From Anaerolineae bacterium (GTDB taxonomy: Bacteria; Chloroflexota; Anaerolineae; UBA1429): 64,000 nt of DNA. Both the position numbers and the translations under genes were made by a program. The stretch spans positions 2,432,001 through 2,496,000 of the forward strand of contig OY776562.1 of NCBI GenBank assembly GCA_963675785.1, in the 5' to 3' direction. Positions 10,825-19,963 of the stretch are shown here, in pieces; within the stretch, counting starts at the first letter, position 1, and each line of letters opens with the position of its first letter. The notes beneath the pieces were generated by a model. It did not search any database. It worked only from the letters and a program-made list of their open reading frames with translations, and had not been told where the DNA came from.

Positions 10825-12144
10825 ATGGCAGTCGCTGCACTGGAGCACAAAGCCACCGCCAAAGAGCGGTGGGCGTGGTACCTCTATGATTTCGGAAACT
10901 CGGCATACGCTGCGGTCGTTATCCTCGCAGTCTATGCAACCTACTTTAAAGGTACGGTGGTCGGCGGAGCACGCGGCACGTTGCTATGGGGCGTCGCAGT
11001 CGGCATTGCCATGTTGGTTGTTGCCATCATATCGCCCGTTCTCGGCGCCATTGCCGACTATGCTGGCGCCAAAAAGAAACTCCTCTTTTTCTTTACCTCT
11101 CTATCCGTTCTCTTCACAGCTCTCTTGTTCTTTGTTCAAGAGGGCAGTGTCTTTACCGGCATGCTCTTTTTCATCCTGGCAGAAATCGGTTACCGAAGCT
11201 CCCAGGTGTTTTATAACTCTCTTTTGCCCGATATCGCTTACCAACATGAAATCGGCAAAGTCTCGGGCAACGGCTGGGCGATCGGCTCAGCTGGCGGTAT
11301 TGTCTGCCTTTTGATTGTTCTTCCGCTCATCTCGGGCATCGGCGGTGCTTTTGTCGTTCGCCTCTCACTGGTCATCACCGCGGTTTTTTATGCTCTTTCT
11401 TCGATTCCCATCTTCAAGTGGCTCAAAGAGCGCAATGAACCCAAAACACTCCCCGAGGGTGAGACGTATCTTTCGATAGCCTTCAAGAGCCTCGGCGAAA
11501 CGTTTCGTTCAGTCCGTACTTTTAAGGAATTCGTCAAGTTTGTCGTCAGCTTTCTCGTATTCAATGACGGCATCATGATGGCATTAAACTTTGCTTCTAT
11601 TCTGGGGGCCGTACTCTTTGGCATGCAGCAAACGCAACTGATCATTTTTATGATCATTGTGCAAGTAACCAGTGTATTGGGAGCCTGGCTATTCGGCATC
11701 ATGGCGGAACGGGTGAGCTGCAAGCGATCACTGATAGTCTCCCTGGTCATCATGGTCGGAACAGTCACCTGGATGTTCTTTAACAACAGCTTGACCAATT
11801 TCTACATAATTGGCGCATTGGCCGGTTTTGCATTAACTGGGGTACAATCTGTAAGCCGTGCTATGGTAGGAACATTTGCACCCGAGAAGCAGAGTGCTTC
11901 TTTCTATGGCTTTTTCGCTGTAGCAGGCCGCGGCTCATCGTTCATTGGCCCAACAGTATTTGGTTGGGTTGCATCTGGTGCCACCAATAGCTATATTGCA
12001 GGCGGCTATGCAGCAACCATAGCTGAACAGATGGGGCACAGAGCCGCTATATGGTCTATTGTGGCATTTTTGGTCGTTGGACTGATCTTACTCCTCTTTG
12101 TTAATGAAAAGCAGGGACAGCAAGTTGCCAGAGATCTTTCCTAG
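10825..12144 (+). CDS. MFS transporter, UMF1/Atg22-like family
   Basis: WYLYDFGNSAY, SPVLGAIAD, FYNSLLP, about 12 hydrophobic segments. Confidence 0.88.
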   Translation: MAVAALEHKATAKERWAWYLYDFGNSAYAAVVILAVYATYFKGTVVGGARGTLLWGVAVGIAMLVVAIISPVLGAIADYAGAKKKLLFFFTSLSVLFTALLFFVQEGSVFTGMLFFILAEIGYRSSQVFYNSLLPDIAYQHEIGKVSGNGWAIGSAGGIVCLLIVLPLISGIGGAFVVRLSLVITAVFYALSSIPIFKWLKERNEPKTLPEGETYLSIAFKSLGETFRSVRTFKEFVKFVVSFLVFNDGIMMALNFASILGAVLFGMQQTQLIIFMIIVQVTSVLGAWLFGIMAERVSCKRSLIVSLVIMVGTVTWMFFNNSLTNFYIIGALAGFALTGVQSVSRAMVGTFAPEKQSASFYGFFAVAGRGSSFIGPTVFGWVASGATNSYIAGGYAATIAEQMGHRAAIWSIVAFLVVGLILLLFVNEKQGQQVARDLS

Positions 12145-12163
12145 TCTTCAAATGAGGTAGCAT

Positions 12164-12904
12164 ATGGCGATTCAAGGGCAAGTCGTGTATCCGAGGAGAC
12201 AATTTGTTCGTGCCGGACTGCGAGGCTTGACGAGGATTGCCCTTAACCTTGTCTCCAATATGCATATAGAAGGTAGAGAGAATCTGCCTCAATCAGGGCC
12301 ATTGCTCGTGGTTGCTAACCATTTTTCTTTTCTAGATCCCGTGGCCATGATTGCCGTAACAGATTGGCCACTTGAATTCATCGGCGGCACCCAAATGCCG
12401 GGGGCTCCCCCGGCAGTCCGCTGGATTCCCAAGATGTGGGGTATCTTCCCCGTCTTGAGAGGTACTGGCTCTCGTGCGGCGTTGCGCCGATCCGAAAGAG
12501 TACTCAAACAGGGCGGTGTTCTCGGTGTCTTTCCAGAGGCCGGCTCATGGGCCCAAGTACTGCGCCCAGCTCGCCCCGGCACCGCCTTTTTGGCGACGCG
12601 AACCGGCGCCAAGTTGTTGCCCATTGGCTTTAATGGATTGCCTAATGTCATGCCACGTTTGCGCAAGGGCAAGCGAGCTGATGTCCTCGTACGCATTGGC
12701 AAACCATTTGGCCCTTACAACGCCAGTGGCAGCGGCAAGGAACACCGCGCGCAGCTTGATGCCATCGGAGATGAAATCATGCTGCACATCGCTGACCTGT
12801 TGGATCCGGAAACCCGCGGCCATTTTTCCCAGGATCCGGAAATCCGCGCTGCTGCGGCAGGCACCGAGATTTATCCATGGGATGATGAGATGGAATCCGC
12901 CTAG
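12164..12904 (+). CDS. Lysophospholipid (1-acyl-G3P) acyltransferase family protein
   Basis: NHFSFLD (HX4D) and VFPEAG motifs. Confidence 0.88.
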   Translation: MAIQGQVVYPRRQFVRAGLRGLTRIALNLVSNMHIEGRENLPQSGPLLVVANHFSFLDPVAMIAVTDWPLEFIGGTQMPGAPPAVRWIPKMWGIFPVLRGTGSRAALRRSERVLKQGGVLGVFPEAGSWAQVLRPARPGTAFLATRTGAKLLPIGFNGLPNVMPRLRKGKRADVLVRIGKPFGPYNASGSGKEHRAQLDAIGDEIMLHIADLLDPETRGHFSQDPEIRAAAAGTEIYPWDDEMESA

Positions 12905-12930
12905 TAGCTACCGACAGGCTGCCACATTCT

Positions 12931-12974
12931 AAAAAAGCACCTCGGAGTTCTTATTCTCCGAGGTGCTTTTTTTT
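12931..12974. terminator. Bidirectional intrinsic terminator
   Basis: A6-GCACCTCGGAG-loop-CTCCGAGGTGC-T8 between convergent genes. Confidence 0.9.
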
Positions 12975-13019
12975 GCAAAGCCATCTCTCTCATAGACGCA
13001 TATTATGCCATCTCATAGG

Positions 13020-13265
13020 TTATTCGATCTCCTGATTTTTCTCACAACGCCTCTGATAGGAAATTGCCAGTATCGAGGTAACTATCGAGGTGACACTCAA
13101 GATGAGAATCAGTATCTGGGTGGCTCCGTTTTCCATAAAGCCCGTCGCCGTGTTGATATGATCGATACAAAACAGCACAATGAGCATGCCTGCAACAACG
13201 ATACTGATATGAGGGACTATTTTGGATACCATATTGTGCATTTGCTTCAGTCCTCTCTTATTCAC
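13020..13265 (-). CDS. Small two-helix membrane protein, hypothetical
   Basis: 81-aa ORF with two hydrophobic stretches; overlaps the upstream stop by 8 nt. Confidence 0.6.
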   Translation of the reverse strand: MNKRGLKQMHNMVSKIVPHISIVVAGMLIVLFCIDHINTATGFMENGATQILILILSVTSIVTSILAISYQRRCEKNQEIE

Positions 13266-14358
13266 TTATAAAGACGATATCACTGACCTGACGCCCGCCG
13301 CTGGCCGGTTGATCGGCAATTTCACCTTCAAATGTCATAACTGAAGATTTGCCGCCATCAAGGTTATAGGCCACGGAAAGCCCCATGTCTTCCATAAGTG
13401 ATGCCAGTGTTTTGAGGGTCATTCCCACCGAATAGCCATCCTGCCGCCCATCAACAACCACAAAACAGTAGTGACCCGGTTCATAATATCCAATGACGGT
13501 TCGGGGATTGATGTTGCTAATGTGCCCCGAGGCGAAATTCGTAAGAGCTTCTCCACTATCTGACAACAATGAAGGGCCAAAACTCCACGCCTGCCATGCA
13601 CCAGATGCCATTGCCTCGTCGGCATCAAACTCATCCTCAGAATAGACCACCATTGTGCCGTCAGAGTAGAGCACACAAACATCACCGCTTACGCTCGAAC
13701 GGTAAAGAATACCATTTCTTATCACGACACTGCTCGACCCTGTACCATAGTAATCACCGTTTATCGCAGCAATGGCATTGTTATCCTCAGCCATATTGAG
13801 CACCCAATCAGTGATTGATCTGCCATAGGTATCGTCGGCAAAGGCTGTACGCAGATATTCTATGCTACGAATATAGATGTCCTCGACGTAATAAGTTACA
13901 CCGCCACTTTGTACAGAAGTGAGCGTTATATTCACATTCTCGCTCATGTACGTAGAATCGGTGGTTATCACCTCTCCGTCGGTAAACTTGTCGGCAAATT
14001 TCACACCCCAATCCTCAGTATCAGAAGTGACGACTGCCTCTTTGGTAGATACATCCACCGAAGCATCAGGCGACGTATCCGATGCATCAGATGCGACTGT
14101 TGGGCTAGGTGTAACACTCACCTCAGCAATCGCCGTAGGAGATACTATATTCTCAATCGTATCGGCCTGGACAGAAGTAAGTTGTGACACAGAAACAAAT
14201 GAACTCGTCTTGGATAGATCTGTCGATATTTTCTGTGGTATGACAAGGTCAAATAACATATAAATGCCGAGTGAGACCACAATAAGCAGAATATCGATTA
14301 CGGCCATTTTGGCCGGGGAAGAACTCTTTTTCTTGTTTGGTATTTTAGTATCATCCAT
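13258..14358 (-). CDS. Membrane-anchored phosphodiester glycosidase (NAGPA/EpsL-like) protein
   Basis: N-terminal TM helix, Ser/Thr/Asp linker, then AINGDYY, VIRNG, FGPSLL, NPRTVIG, VVDGRQ, AYNLDGG. GGAGG RBS before ATG 14358. Confidence 0.85.
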   Translation of the reverse strand: MDDTKIPNKKKSSSPAKMAVIDILLIVVSLGIYMLFDLVIPQKISTDLSKTSSFVSVSQLTSVQADTIENIVSPTAIAEVSVTPSPTVASDASDTSPDASVDVSTKEAVVTSDTEDWGVKFADKFTDGEVITTDSTYMSENVNITLTSVQSGGVTYYVEDIYIRSIEYLRTAFADDTYGRSITDWVLNMAEDNNAIAAINGDYYGTGSSSVVIRNGILYRSSVSGDVCVLYSDGTMVVYSEDEFDADEAMASGAWQAWSFGPSLLSDSGEALTNFASGHISNINPRTVIGYYEPGHYCFVVVDGRQDGYSVGMTLKTLASLMEDMGLSVAYNLDGGKSSVMTFEGEIADQPASGGRQVSDIVFISE

Positions 14359-14359
14359 A

Positions 14360-15424
14360 TCAGGCGCCTCCGAGTTCAATCTTTCTAAAAACGAATCGCC
14401 TTTGCGCAACGTAGCTAAGAGCGAATAGTATCAATTCTACGCCAAGTTTGGCGATCCAAAGCGGTACCGAGAGAAGAACATTCAGCAAATACAGCATCAA
14501 ATAGTTGATGCTGAGGATAAGGGCTGCCAAGGTGTAATAGCGAAGAGCCGCCGTCCATATCTGACCATCATCATGAAACACAAGCTGCTTATTCGCCAGA
14601 AAATTGACCAGCGAGCTGATCAGACGGGCACACACAACGCTGATCAGTAGTGAAGCCGCTTCTGCCATGCCTAAAGTCAGTGACTTGAAAACCAGAAGAA
14701 GCGTGAAATCTAGGGCAAACGCACTGAATGATGATAGCGCGAATTTAAGAATACAAGAATAAATTCTTATGGAATCCCACATGGCATTGAAATGCGAAGA
14801 GGCGTTATTCTCAAAATAAACCGTTTCTATCTTGATTTCGTGTATCTCGATCCTTTCTCTGACCGCCCAAAGCAATACATTCATCTCATACTCGTAGCGC
14901 TCACCATCCACATTGAGCAGATCGGGTATCAGGTCCGCGCTAAAAGCGCAAAGTCCAGTTTGCGTGTCCATAAGCCTTTTGCCGCTGGTAGCAGCAAATA
15001 CATACCGCGTCAACGTATTCCCAAATCGGCTGCGAAGTGGCACCTCGCCTTCAAAATGGCGGCTGCCGAGTACCAAAGAGGCGCCCTGATCATTCAGAGA
15101 TTCGCTTACCTTTTTGATATCCTCCGGGCGATGCTGTCCATCCGCATCTGCCGTTACCACCCCCCTGCAATCGGGGAGATTCTGGCGGATATAGGTTAGG
15201 CCGGTCTTGAGAGCACGACCCTTTCCGCGATTATAAGGGTGTGAAAGAAGGATAACCTCGGGGGGCAGCCTGGCGAACACATCATCAAACGCACTTCCGC
15301 TGCCATCGTTTACCACGACTAGAGTAAATCGTTCTTTGAGCAACAAATCCGCAAGTACTATTAACTCATTGGTCGGCTTGTAAGCCGGGATTAGTACGAT
15401 GTGCCTTTCTTCGCCACATCCCAT
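14360..15424 (-). CDS. Bifunctional GT2 (polyprenol-phosphate glycosyltransferase-like)/GtrA-family protein
   Basis: LIPAYKP, VNDGS, NRGKGRALK, DADGQH, DTQTG, YEYEMNVL, then a four-helix GtrA-like C-terminus. Confidence 0.9.
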   Translation of the reverse strand: MGCGEERHIVLIPAYKPTNELIVLADLLLKERFTLVVVNDGSGSAFDDVFARLPPEVILLSHPYNRGKGRALKTGLTYIRQNLPDCRGVVTADADGQHRPEDIKKVSESLNDQGASLVLGSRHFEGEVPLRSRFGNTLTRYVFAATSGKRLMDTQTGLCAFSADLIPDLLNVDGERYEYEMNVLLWAVRERIEIHEIKIETVYFENNASSHFNAMWDSIRIYSCILKFALSSFSAFALDFTLLLVFKSLTLGMAEAASLLISVVCARLISSLVNFLANKQLVFHDDGQIWTAALRYYTLAALILSINYLMLYLLNVLLSVPLWIAKLGVELILFALSYVAQRRFVFRKIELGGA

Positions 15425-15628
15425 AGATTCTTCTCCAACCCTGCTTTCCTATCACAGTCGCTATTAACTTGATCTTTGGTTCAAGTATAGAAAGCAGTTG
15501 TTTAGAACAGTGCAAGAAAAAATGAATTTATCAAGTACTGTGCCTGAAAGAGTTGATTTCGTGCGCCCTGTACAATACGATCGAGAAAGACTGGCTTACC
15601 AAGACGTCCTGACACATAAGGAGATGCT

Positions 15629-16063
15629 GTGGGGGAAAATGCTTTGCACAATGTTCGTCAGGCTGTACCCTTCTTCTGGGTGCAGGACATGCAGCGGTCG
15701 CTCGCGTTTTATGTTAGCAATCTCGAATTCAACGTGGATCAAAAGTGGATTATCGATGGCAGAATTCGTTGGTGTTGGCTAAAACTCGGCAGCGCATCTT
15801 TGATGCTGCAAGAATTTGACGAGCATGGAGAACACACCCTGCCCGTTGGCCCCCTAGGCCAGGGTGTGGAAATATGTTTTATCTGTCAGAATGCTTTGAC
15901 GATTTACCAAAAAGTCCAAAATAAGGAGGTCGAGTTTTCTAGGCCTTTTGTGGGGAATGGTATGTGGATTACAGAAATTTCGGATCCGGATGGATACAGA
16001 CTCTTTTTTGAAAGCCCTACGGACATGCCTGAAGAAACTGTTTACAGGGGGACGGGAGTATGA
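15629..16063 (+). CDS. VOC/glyoxalase/bleomycin-resistance family protein
   Basis: VPFFWVQDMQRSLAFY...DPDGYRLFFE. Confidence 0.85.
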   Translation: MGENALHNVRQAVPFFWVQDMQRSLAFYVSNLEFNVDQKWIIDGRIRWCWLKLGSASLMLQEFDEHGEHTLPVGPLGQGVEICFICQNALTIYQKVQNKEVEFSRPFVGNGMWITEISDPDGYRLFFESPTDMPEETVYRGTGV

Positions 16064-16989
16064 ACAAGCTGAGCTCTCGCTCCCTAGCTGTTCTCAAAGC
16101 GCTGTTCGTCGTCTTTCTTTGGGCTACTTCATGGGTTCTCATCAAGATCGGATTGCAGGATATTCCCGCACTCACCTTTGCCGGTCTGCGCTATGCGTTA
16201 GCCTTTGTATGTCTCATTCCGGTAATCATGCTCAGCCAAGAGAAAAAATCCTTGAGAGGGATATCAAAACAAGATTGGCGCCGTCTCTTGATCCTCGGTA
16301 TCCTCCTGTACTCGATTACACAGGGTGCATCATTTGTGGCTTTGGCATATCTACCAGCGGTGACTGTTAATTTGATCTGGTCCTTTAGCAGCATCATCGT
16401 AGCCGTAATGGGAATCTTTTTCCTGGCCGAACGTCCATCCAAATTCCAGTGGCTCGGGTTGGGTTTTGCTATGTTTGGCGCAGTCGTCTATTTCTATCCC
16501 GTAGAATTAGAGACAAACCAGATTTGGGGTGTTATCGCCTCGCTTGTTGGCATTCTAGCCAATGCAGGAGCCGTGATCTTTGGCAGAAACATAAACCGAA
16601 CGGGGCATATCTCTCCATTGATCGTAACTTTTATTAGCATGGGTTTTGGCTCTATCGGTTTGCTGACAACCGGAATCCTTACACAGGGTTTTCCCCCACT
16701 TTCGTTACAGAACTGGGCAATCATCGCCTGGCTGGCAGTTGTGAATACAGCATTCGCCTTTACAGTGTGGAACCACACCTTGCGCACGCTTTCTGCGATG
16801 GAATCGAGCATCATTAATGGCACTATGATGATCTGGATTCCTATACTCGCGGTCCTATTTCTTGATGAGACGGTTGCTACAAAAGAGCTATTGGGCTTGA
16901 TCGTGGTTGGCGTAGGAACGCTGATTGTTCAATTGCGCAATCCAACAATTTTGTCCAAGATGTTCAAACGAAATCTCTCTAAAAAGTAG
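16060..16989 (+). CDS. EamA/DMT family transporter
   Basis: LWATSWVLIKIGL, P..FAGLRY, two EamA repeats, about 10 TM helices; ATGA overlap with the VOC gene. Confidence 0.9.
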   Translation: MNKLSSRSLAVLKALFVVFLWATSWVLIKIGLQDIPALTFAGLRYALAFVCLIPVIMLSQEKKSLRGISKQDWRRLLILGILLYSITQGASFVALAYLPAVTVNLIWSFSSIIVAVMGIFFLAERPSKFQWLGLGFAMFGAVVYFYPVELETNQIWGVIASLVGILANAGAVIFGRNINRTGHISPLIVTFISMGFGSIGLLTTGILTQGFPPLSLQNWAIIAWLAVVNTAFAFTVWNHTLRTLSAMESSIINGTMMIWIPILAVLFLDETVATKELLGLIVVGVGTLIVQLRNPTILSKMFKRNLSKK

Positions 16990-17084
16990 TAATGCAATAT
17001 GAATTGCGAGCACAGGCGAGATGTACCCTGGCGATATTCGAAGGAGTTAACTGCCGAACGAGGAAGAAGCCTACTAGTCAGAAA

Positions 17085-17121
17085 CAGCAAAACGACCAGT
17101 TGACATGTAATCAACTGGTCG
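17085..17121 (-). terminator. Intrinsic terminator downstream of tRNA-Gln
   Basis: CGACCAGTTGA-7nt-TCAACTGGTCG stem followed on the minus strand by TTTTGCTGTTT. Confidence 0.8.
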
Positions 17122-17137
17122 CCATCTGCGTTTTAGG

Positions 17138-17208
17138 CTGAGGGACAGGGATTCGAACCCCGATTGACTGATTCAGAGTCAGCTGTCCTACCGTTAGACG
17201 ATCCCCCA
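17138..17208 (-). tRNA. tRNA-Gln (anticodon CTG)
   Basis: TGGGGGA/TCCCTCA acceptor stem (U1-A72), anticodon arm GCTGA-CT-CTG-AA-TCAGT, T loop GTTCGAATC. Followed by CCT, so CCA is not fully encoded. Confidence 0.96.
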
Positions 17209-17219
17209 ACGCGGGGCTC

Positions 17220-17248
17220 AGTATAGCAATCTGAGCCTCGAACGTCAA
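17220..17248 (-). promoter_or_regulatory. sigma70 promoter of tRNA-Gln
   Basis: TTGACG-N17-TATACT with extended TG and a GC-rich discriminator, 11 nt before the tRNA. Confidence 0.8.
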
Positions 17249-17286
17249 ATACAGTCAGATGCTCGGCACAAAGCAGCTAGAACCAT

Positions 17287-18771
17287 CTACGACTGGCTCA
17301 GCTTCTCATATGCTGCATCCAGGCGCGCTAGGCTACGTTCTTTACCAAGGATTTTAAGCGTGCCAAACATGGGCGGCGAGACGGTTTTGCCCGTTACGGC
17401 AACGCGAATCGGCGCAAAGAACTTGCCAGCGCCCATATCCAAAACGGAGGCTTGGTTGCGTAGCGCTTCTTCAATCGTCTCTTCCTCAAAGAGCTCTACC
17501 TCACTGAGGCAAGCTTTAGCCTGAGCAAGCATATTCAAAGTAGATTCGCGGTCCATTTTTTTGCCGATCAAGAGTTGCGGATCGTAATCGAGTTCATCGA
17601 CGAAAAAGGTGTCCACAAGCGGCACAAGGTCTTTCAATGTGCGCATGCGTTCTCGTACGAGCGGCTCCAAATCCAGCACTGTGGCCAAGTCCGCCTTGAT
17701 GCCGTTAGCGAGTAGCTCTTGCAGCATACGCCCGGCCAAGTCATTCATGCCCAAAGAGCGAATGTACTCGGCGTTCATGTGGTCGAGCTTTTCATAAGAA
17801 AAAGCCGCTGGCGATTTGTTGACGCGTTCGAGATCAAACACCTCAACGAGTCGACTCTGGTTGAAATACTCTGTCTGGCCGTCGTATGACCAGCCCACCA
17901 GCGCCAAAAAGTTGAACAACGCCTCTGGAAGATATCCAGCTTCTTTGAACTCGTGTACATAAGTCAACATTTCGGGCTCGCCCGGAATACGCTTTTTGCG
18001 CTTGCTCAGCTTGCCCTTGCCGCTGGGATCAAGAATGGTTGGCAGATGAGCCTGCACAGGCACTTGCCAGCCAAAAGCCTGGTACAAAAGCACATGCTTG
18101 GGGACACTGGCTAACCACTCATCGCCGCGCATAATATGTGTAATGCCCATCAAATGGTCATCGATCACATTGGCTAAATGATAGGTGGGGAATCCATCAG
18201 ATTTGAGCAAGACCAGGTCATCCAACTGCTGGTTATCAACCGTAATGTGACCCCGGAAAAGGTCGTCATATTCGGTAGCACCCTTTGTGGGGATGGCCAA
18301 ACGCACCACCCAGGGGCACCCTTCGGCCTCGTACTCGGCAATCTGTTTCTGAGTCAAAAATCGGCAATGCCGGTCATATCCAGGGGGTTGCTTATTAACA
18401 CGCTGTTCCTCACGCATAGCGTCCAGGCGCTCTGGCGTACAATAACAGCGATAAGCCTTGCCCTCAGCAACCAGTTGGTCGCAATATTTTTGATAAAAAG
18501 GCAACCGGTCCGACTGAAAATAAGGGCCGTAATCACCACCCACTTCGGGGCCCTCATCCCAATATAGGCCTAACCAGCGAAGTCCAGCCATTAAATCGGG
18601 CAGTGAATCGGGCACATAGCGCGTGCGATCTGTATCCTCGATGCGAAGAATGAACTTGCCGCCACAATGTCTGGCAAACAACCAATTATAGAGCGCAGTG
18701 CGCGCCCCCCCAACGTGAAGATATCCCGTTGGGCTGGGAGCGAAGCGTACGCGCACACTATCAGAACTCAT
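17287..18771 (-). CDS. gltX: Glutamate--tRNA ligase
   Basis: RFAPSPTGYLHVGG, LRIEDTD, KSDGFPTYHLA, KLSKR. Confidence 0.98.
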   Translation of the reverse strand: MSSDSVRVRFAPSPTGYLHVGGARTALYNWLFARHCGGKFILRIEDTDRTRYVPDSLPDLMAGLRWLGLYWDEGPEVGGDYGPYFQSDRLPFYQKYCDQLVAEGKAYRCYCTPERLDAMREEQRVNKQPPGYDRHCRFLTQKQIAEYEAEGCPWVVRLAIPTKGATEYDDLFRGHITVDNQQLDDLVLLKSDGFPTYHLANVIDDHLMGITHIMRGDEWLASVPKHVLLYQAFGWQVPVQAHLPTILDPSGKGKLSKRKKRIPGEPEMLTYVHEFKEAGYLPEALFNFLALVGWSYDGQTEYFNQSRLVEVFDLERVNKSPAAFSYEKLDHMNAEYIRSLGMNDLAGRMLQELLANGIKADLATVLDLEPLVRERMRTLKDLVPLVDTFFVDELDYDPQLLIGKKMDRESTLNMLAQAKACLSEVELFEEETIEEALRNQASVLDMGAGKFFAPIRVAVTGKTVSPPMFGTLKILGKERSLARLDAAYEKLSQS

Positions 18772-18790
18772 TCTAAATATCCCCCCGTGC

Positions 18791-19960
18791 TCAGTCTTCT
18801 GGCAGGCCAGGGCGCTCTGGATGCACAGAGCGCACCGCCACGCTTTGCGCCAATCCTAACGCCATAATTGTAGTAACCAACGAACTGCCGCCATAACTCA
18901 CAAGCGGAAGCGGCAATCCCGTAACCGGCAAAATGCTCATGTTCATGCCAATGTTGACAAACATTTGAACACCTATCATAGCTGCAACGCCGATAACGAT
19001 CAAACGCCCTCCAGCGTCAAGTGCATCATTGGCAATCTTGAGCAGTTGAAAGAGCAGATACACAAACAGACTGATTAACACCAAGCAGCCAATAAAGCCA
19101 AATTCTTCAGCGAGAACGGAAAAGATAAAGTCCGTATGACGCACCCGCAAGAAATAGAGCTGGCTTTGCGTCCCCTGAAGATAGCCTTTGCCAAAAAGCC
19201 CTCCCGAACCAATGCTAGTCAGCGCCTGGCGGATGTTATAGGTTGCTCCAGCAGGGTCACGGTCGGGGAACAAAAAGTTCAGAAACCGGTCACGCATATA
19301 GGTTTCCATCTGGAACCAAGCCACGGGCACAGCCAAAGCCCCCAAGAGGCCTGCACCGGCGACATAAACCCATCTGATGCCAGACATAAAGACCATGACA
19401 ACCCAAATGAACGCGACGACCAGCGCCGTACCGGCATCTGGTTGAAGGTAGATGAGTGCGATGGGGATAGCAACAACAGCACCAGAGACTAACGTGGGGA
19501 GCAACGTGTCATGCCAGGATTCATACTGCTCTAAGAGATGGGCCAAGATAACGATAAGCATTATCTTGCATAATTCAGAGGGCTGCACGCCGAAATATTC
19601 GAGTTCAAGCCAGCTTTGAGCGCCAAAATTAGTCTGCCCTAACAGGGCCGTAACACCGAGGATGACCACACAAAATGCCAACAGCCAGCGCCACATGCGC
19701 AACATGACATGATAATCTACCAACACAGCTGCAAGATAAAAGATCAAGCCTATGCCAGTAAAAACCACCTGCCTGAACACGGTATTGTCCATAAGCGTTA
19801 CGACATCTTCACGAGAGACCTCGTATGCGCTATAGATCATGGCACAGCCTATACCGATCAAAGCCATCATGGCCAGAAACATGCCCCAGTTAAAGTGCGA
19901 GAATAGTGCTCTTCGGCGCTGTTTCTCTATATTAGGCCCGGCCAAACTCCAGAGTGCCAC
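18791..19960 (-). CDS. rodA: Rod-shape determining SEDS protein RodA
   Basis: QPSELCK, QPDAGT, IGSGG, HTDFIFSV.AEE.G, LPLVSYGGSS; lies in the mre/mrd operon. Confidence 0.93.
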   Translation of the reverse strand: MALWSLAGPNIEKQRRRALFSHFNWGMFLAMMALIGIGCAMIYSAYEVSREDVVTLMDNTVFRQVVFTGIGLIFYLAAVLVDYHVMLRMWRWLLAFCVVILGVTALLGQTNFGAQSWLELEYFGVQPSELCKIMLIVILAHLLEQYESWHDTLLPTLVSGAVVAIPIALIYLQPDAGTALVVAFIWVVMVFMSGIRWVYVAGAGLLGALAVPVAWFQMETYMRDRFLNFLFPDRDPAGATYNIRQALTSIGSGGLFGKGYLQGTQSQLYFLRVRHTDFIFSVLAEEFGFIGCLVLISLFVYLLFQLLKIANDALDAGGRLIVIGVAAMIGVQMFVNIGMNMSILPVTGLPLPLVSYGGSSLVTTIMALGLAQSVAVRSVHPERPGLPED

Positions 19961-19963
19961 TGA

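Noticed and set aside
17135-17138. tRNA ending CCT instead of CCA as an integration scar
   Set aside because: Non-encoded CCA is common, and no duplicate tRNA 3' end or integrase was found.
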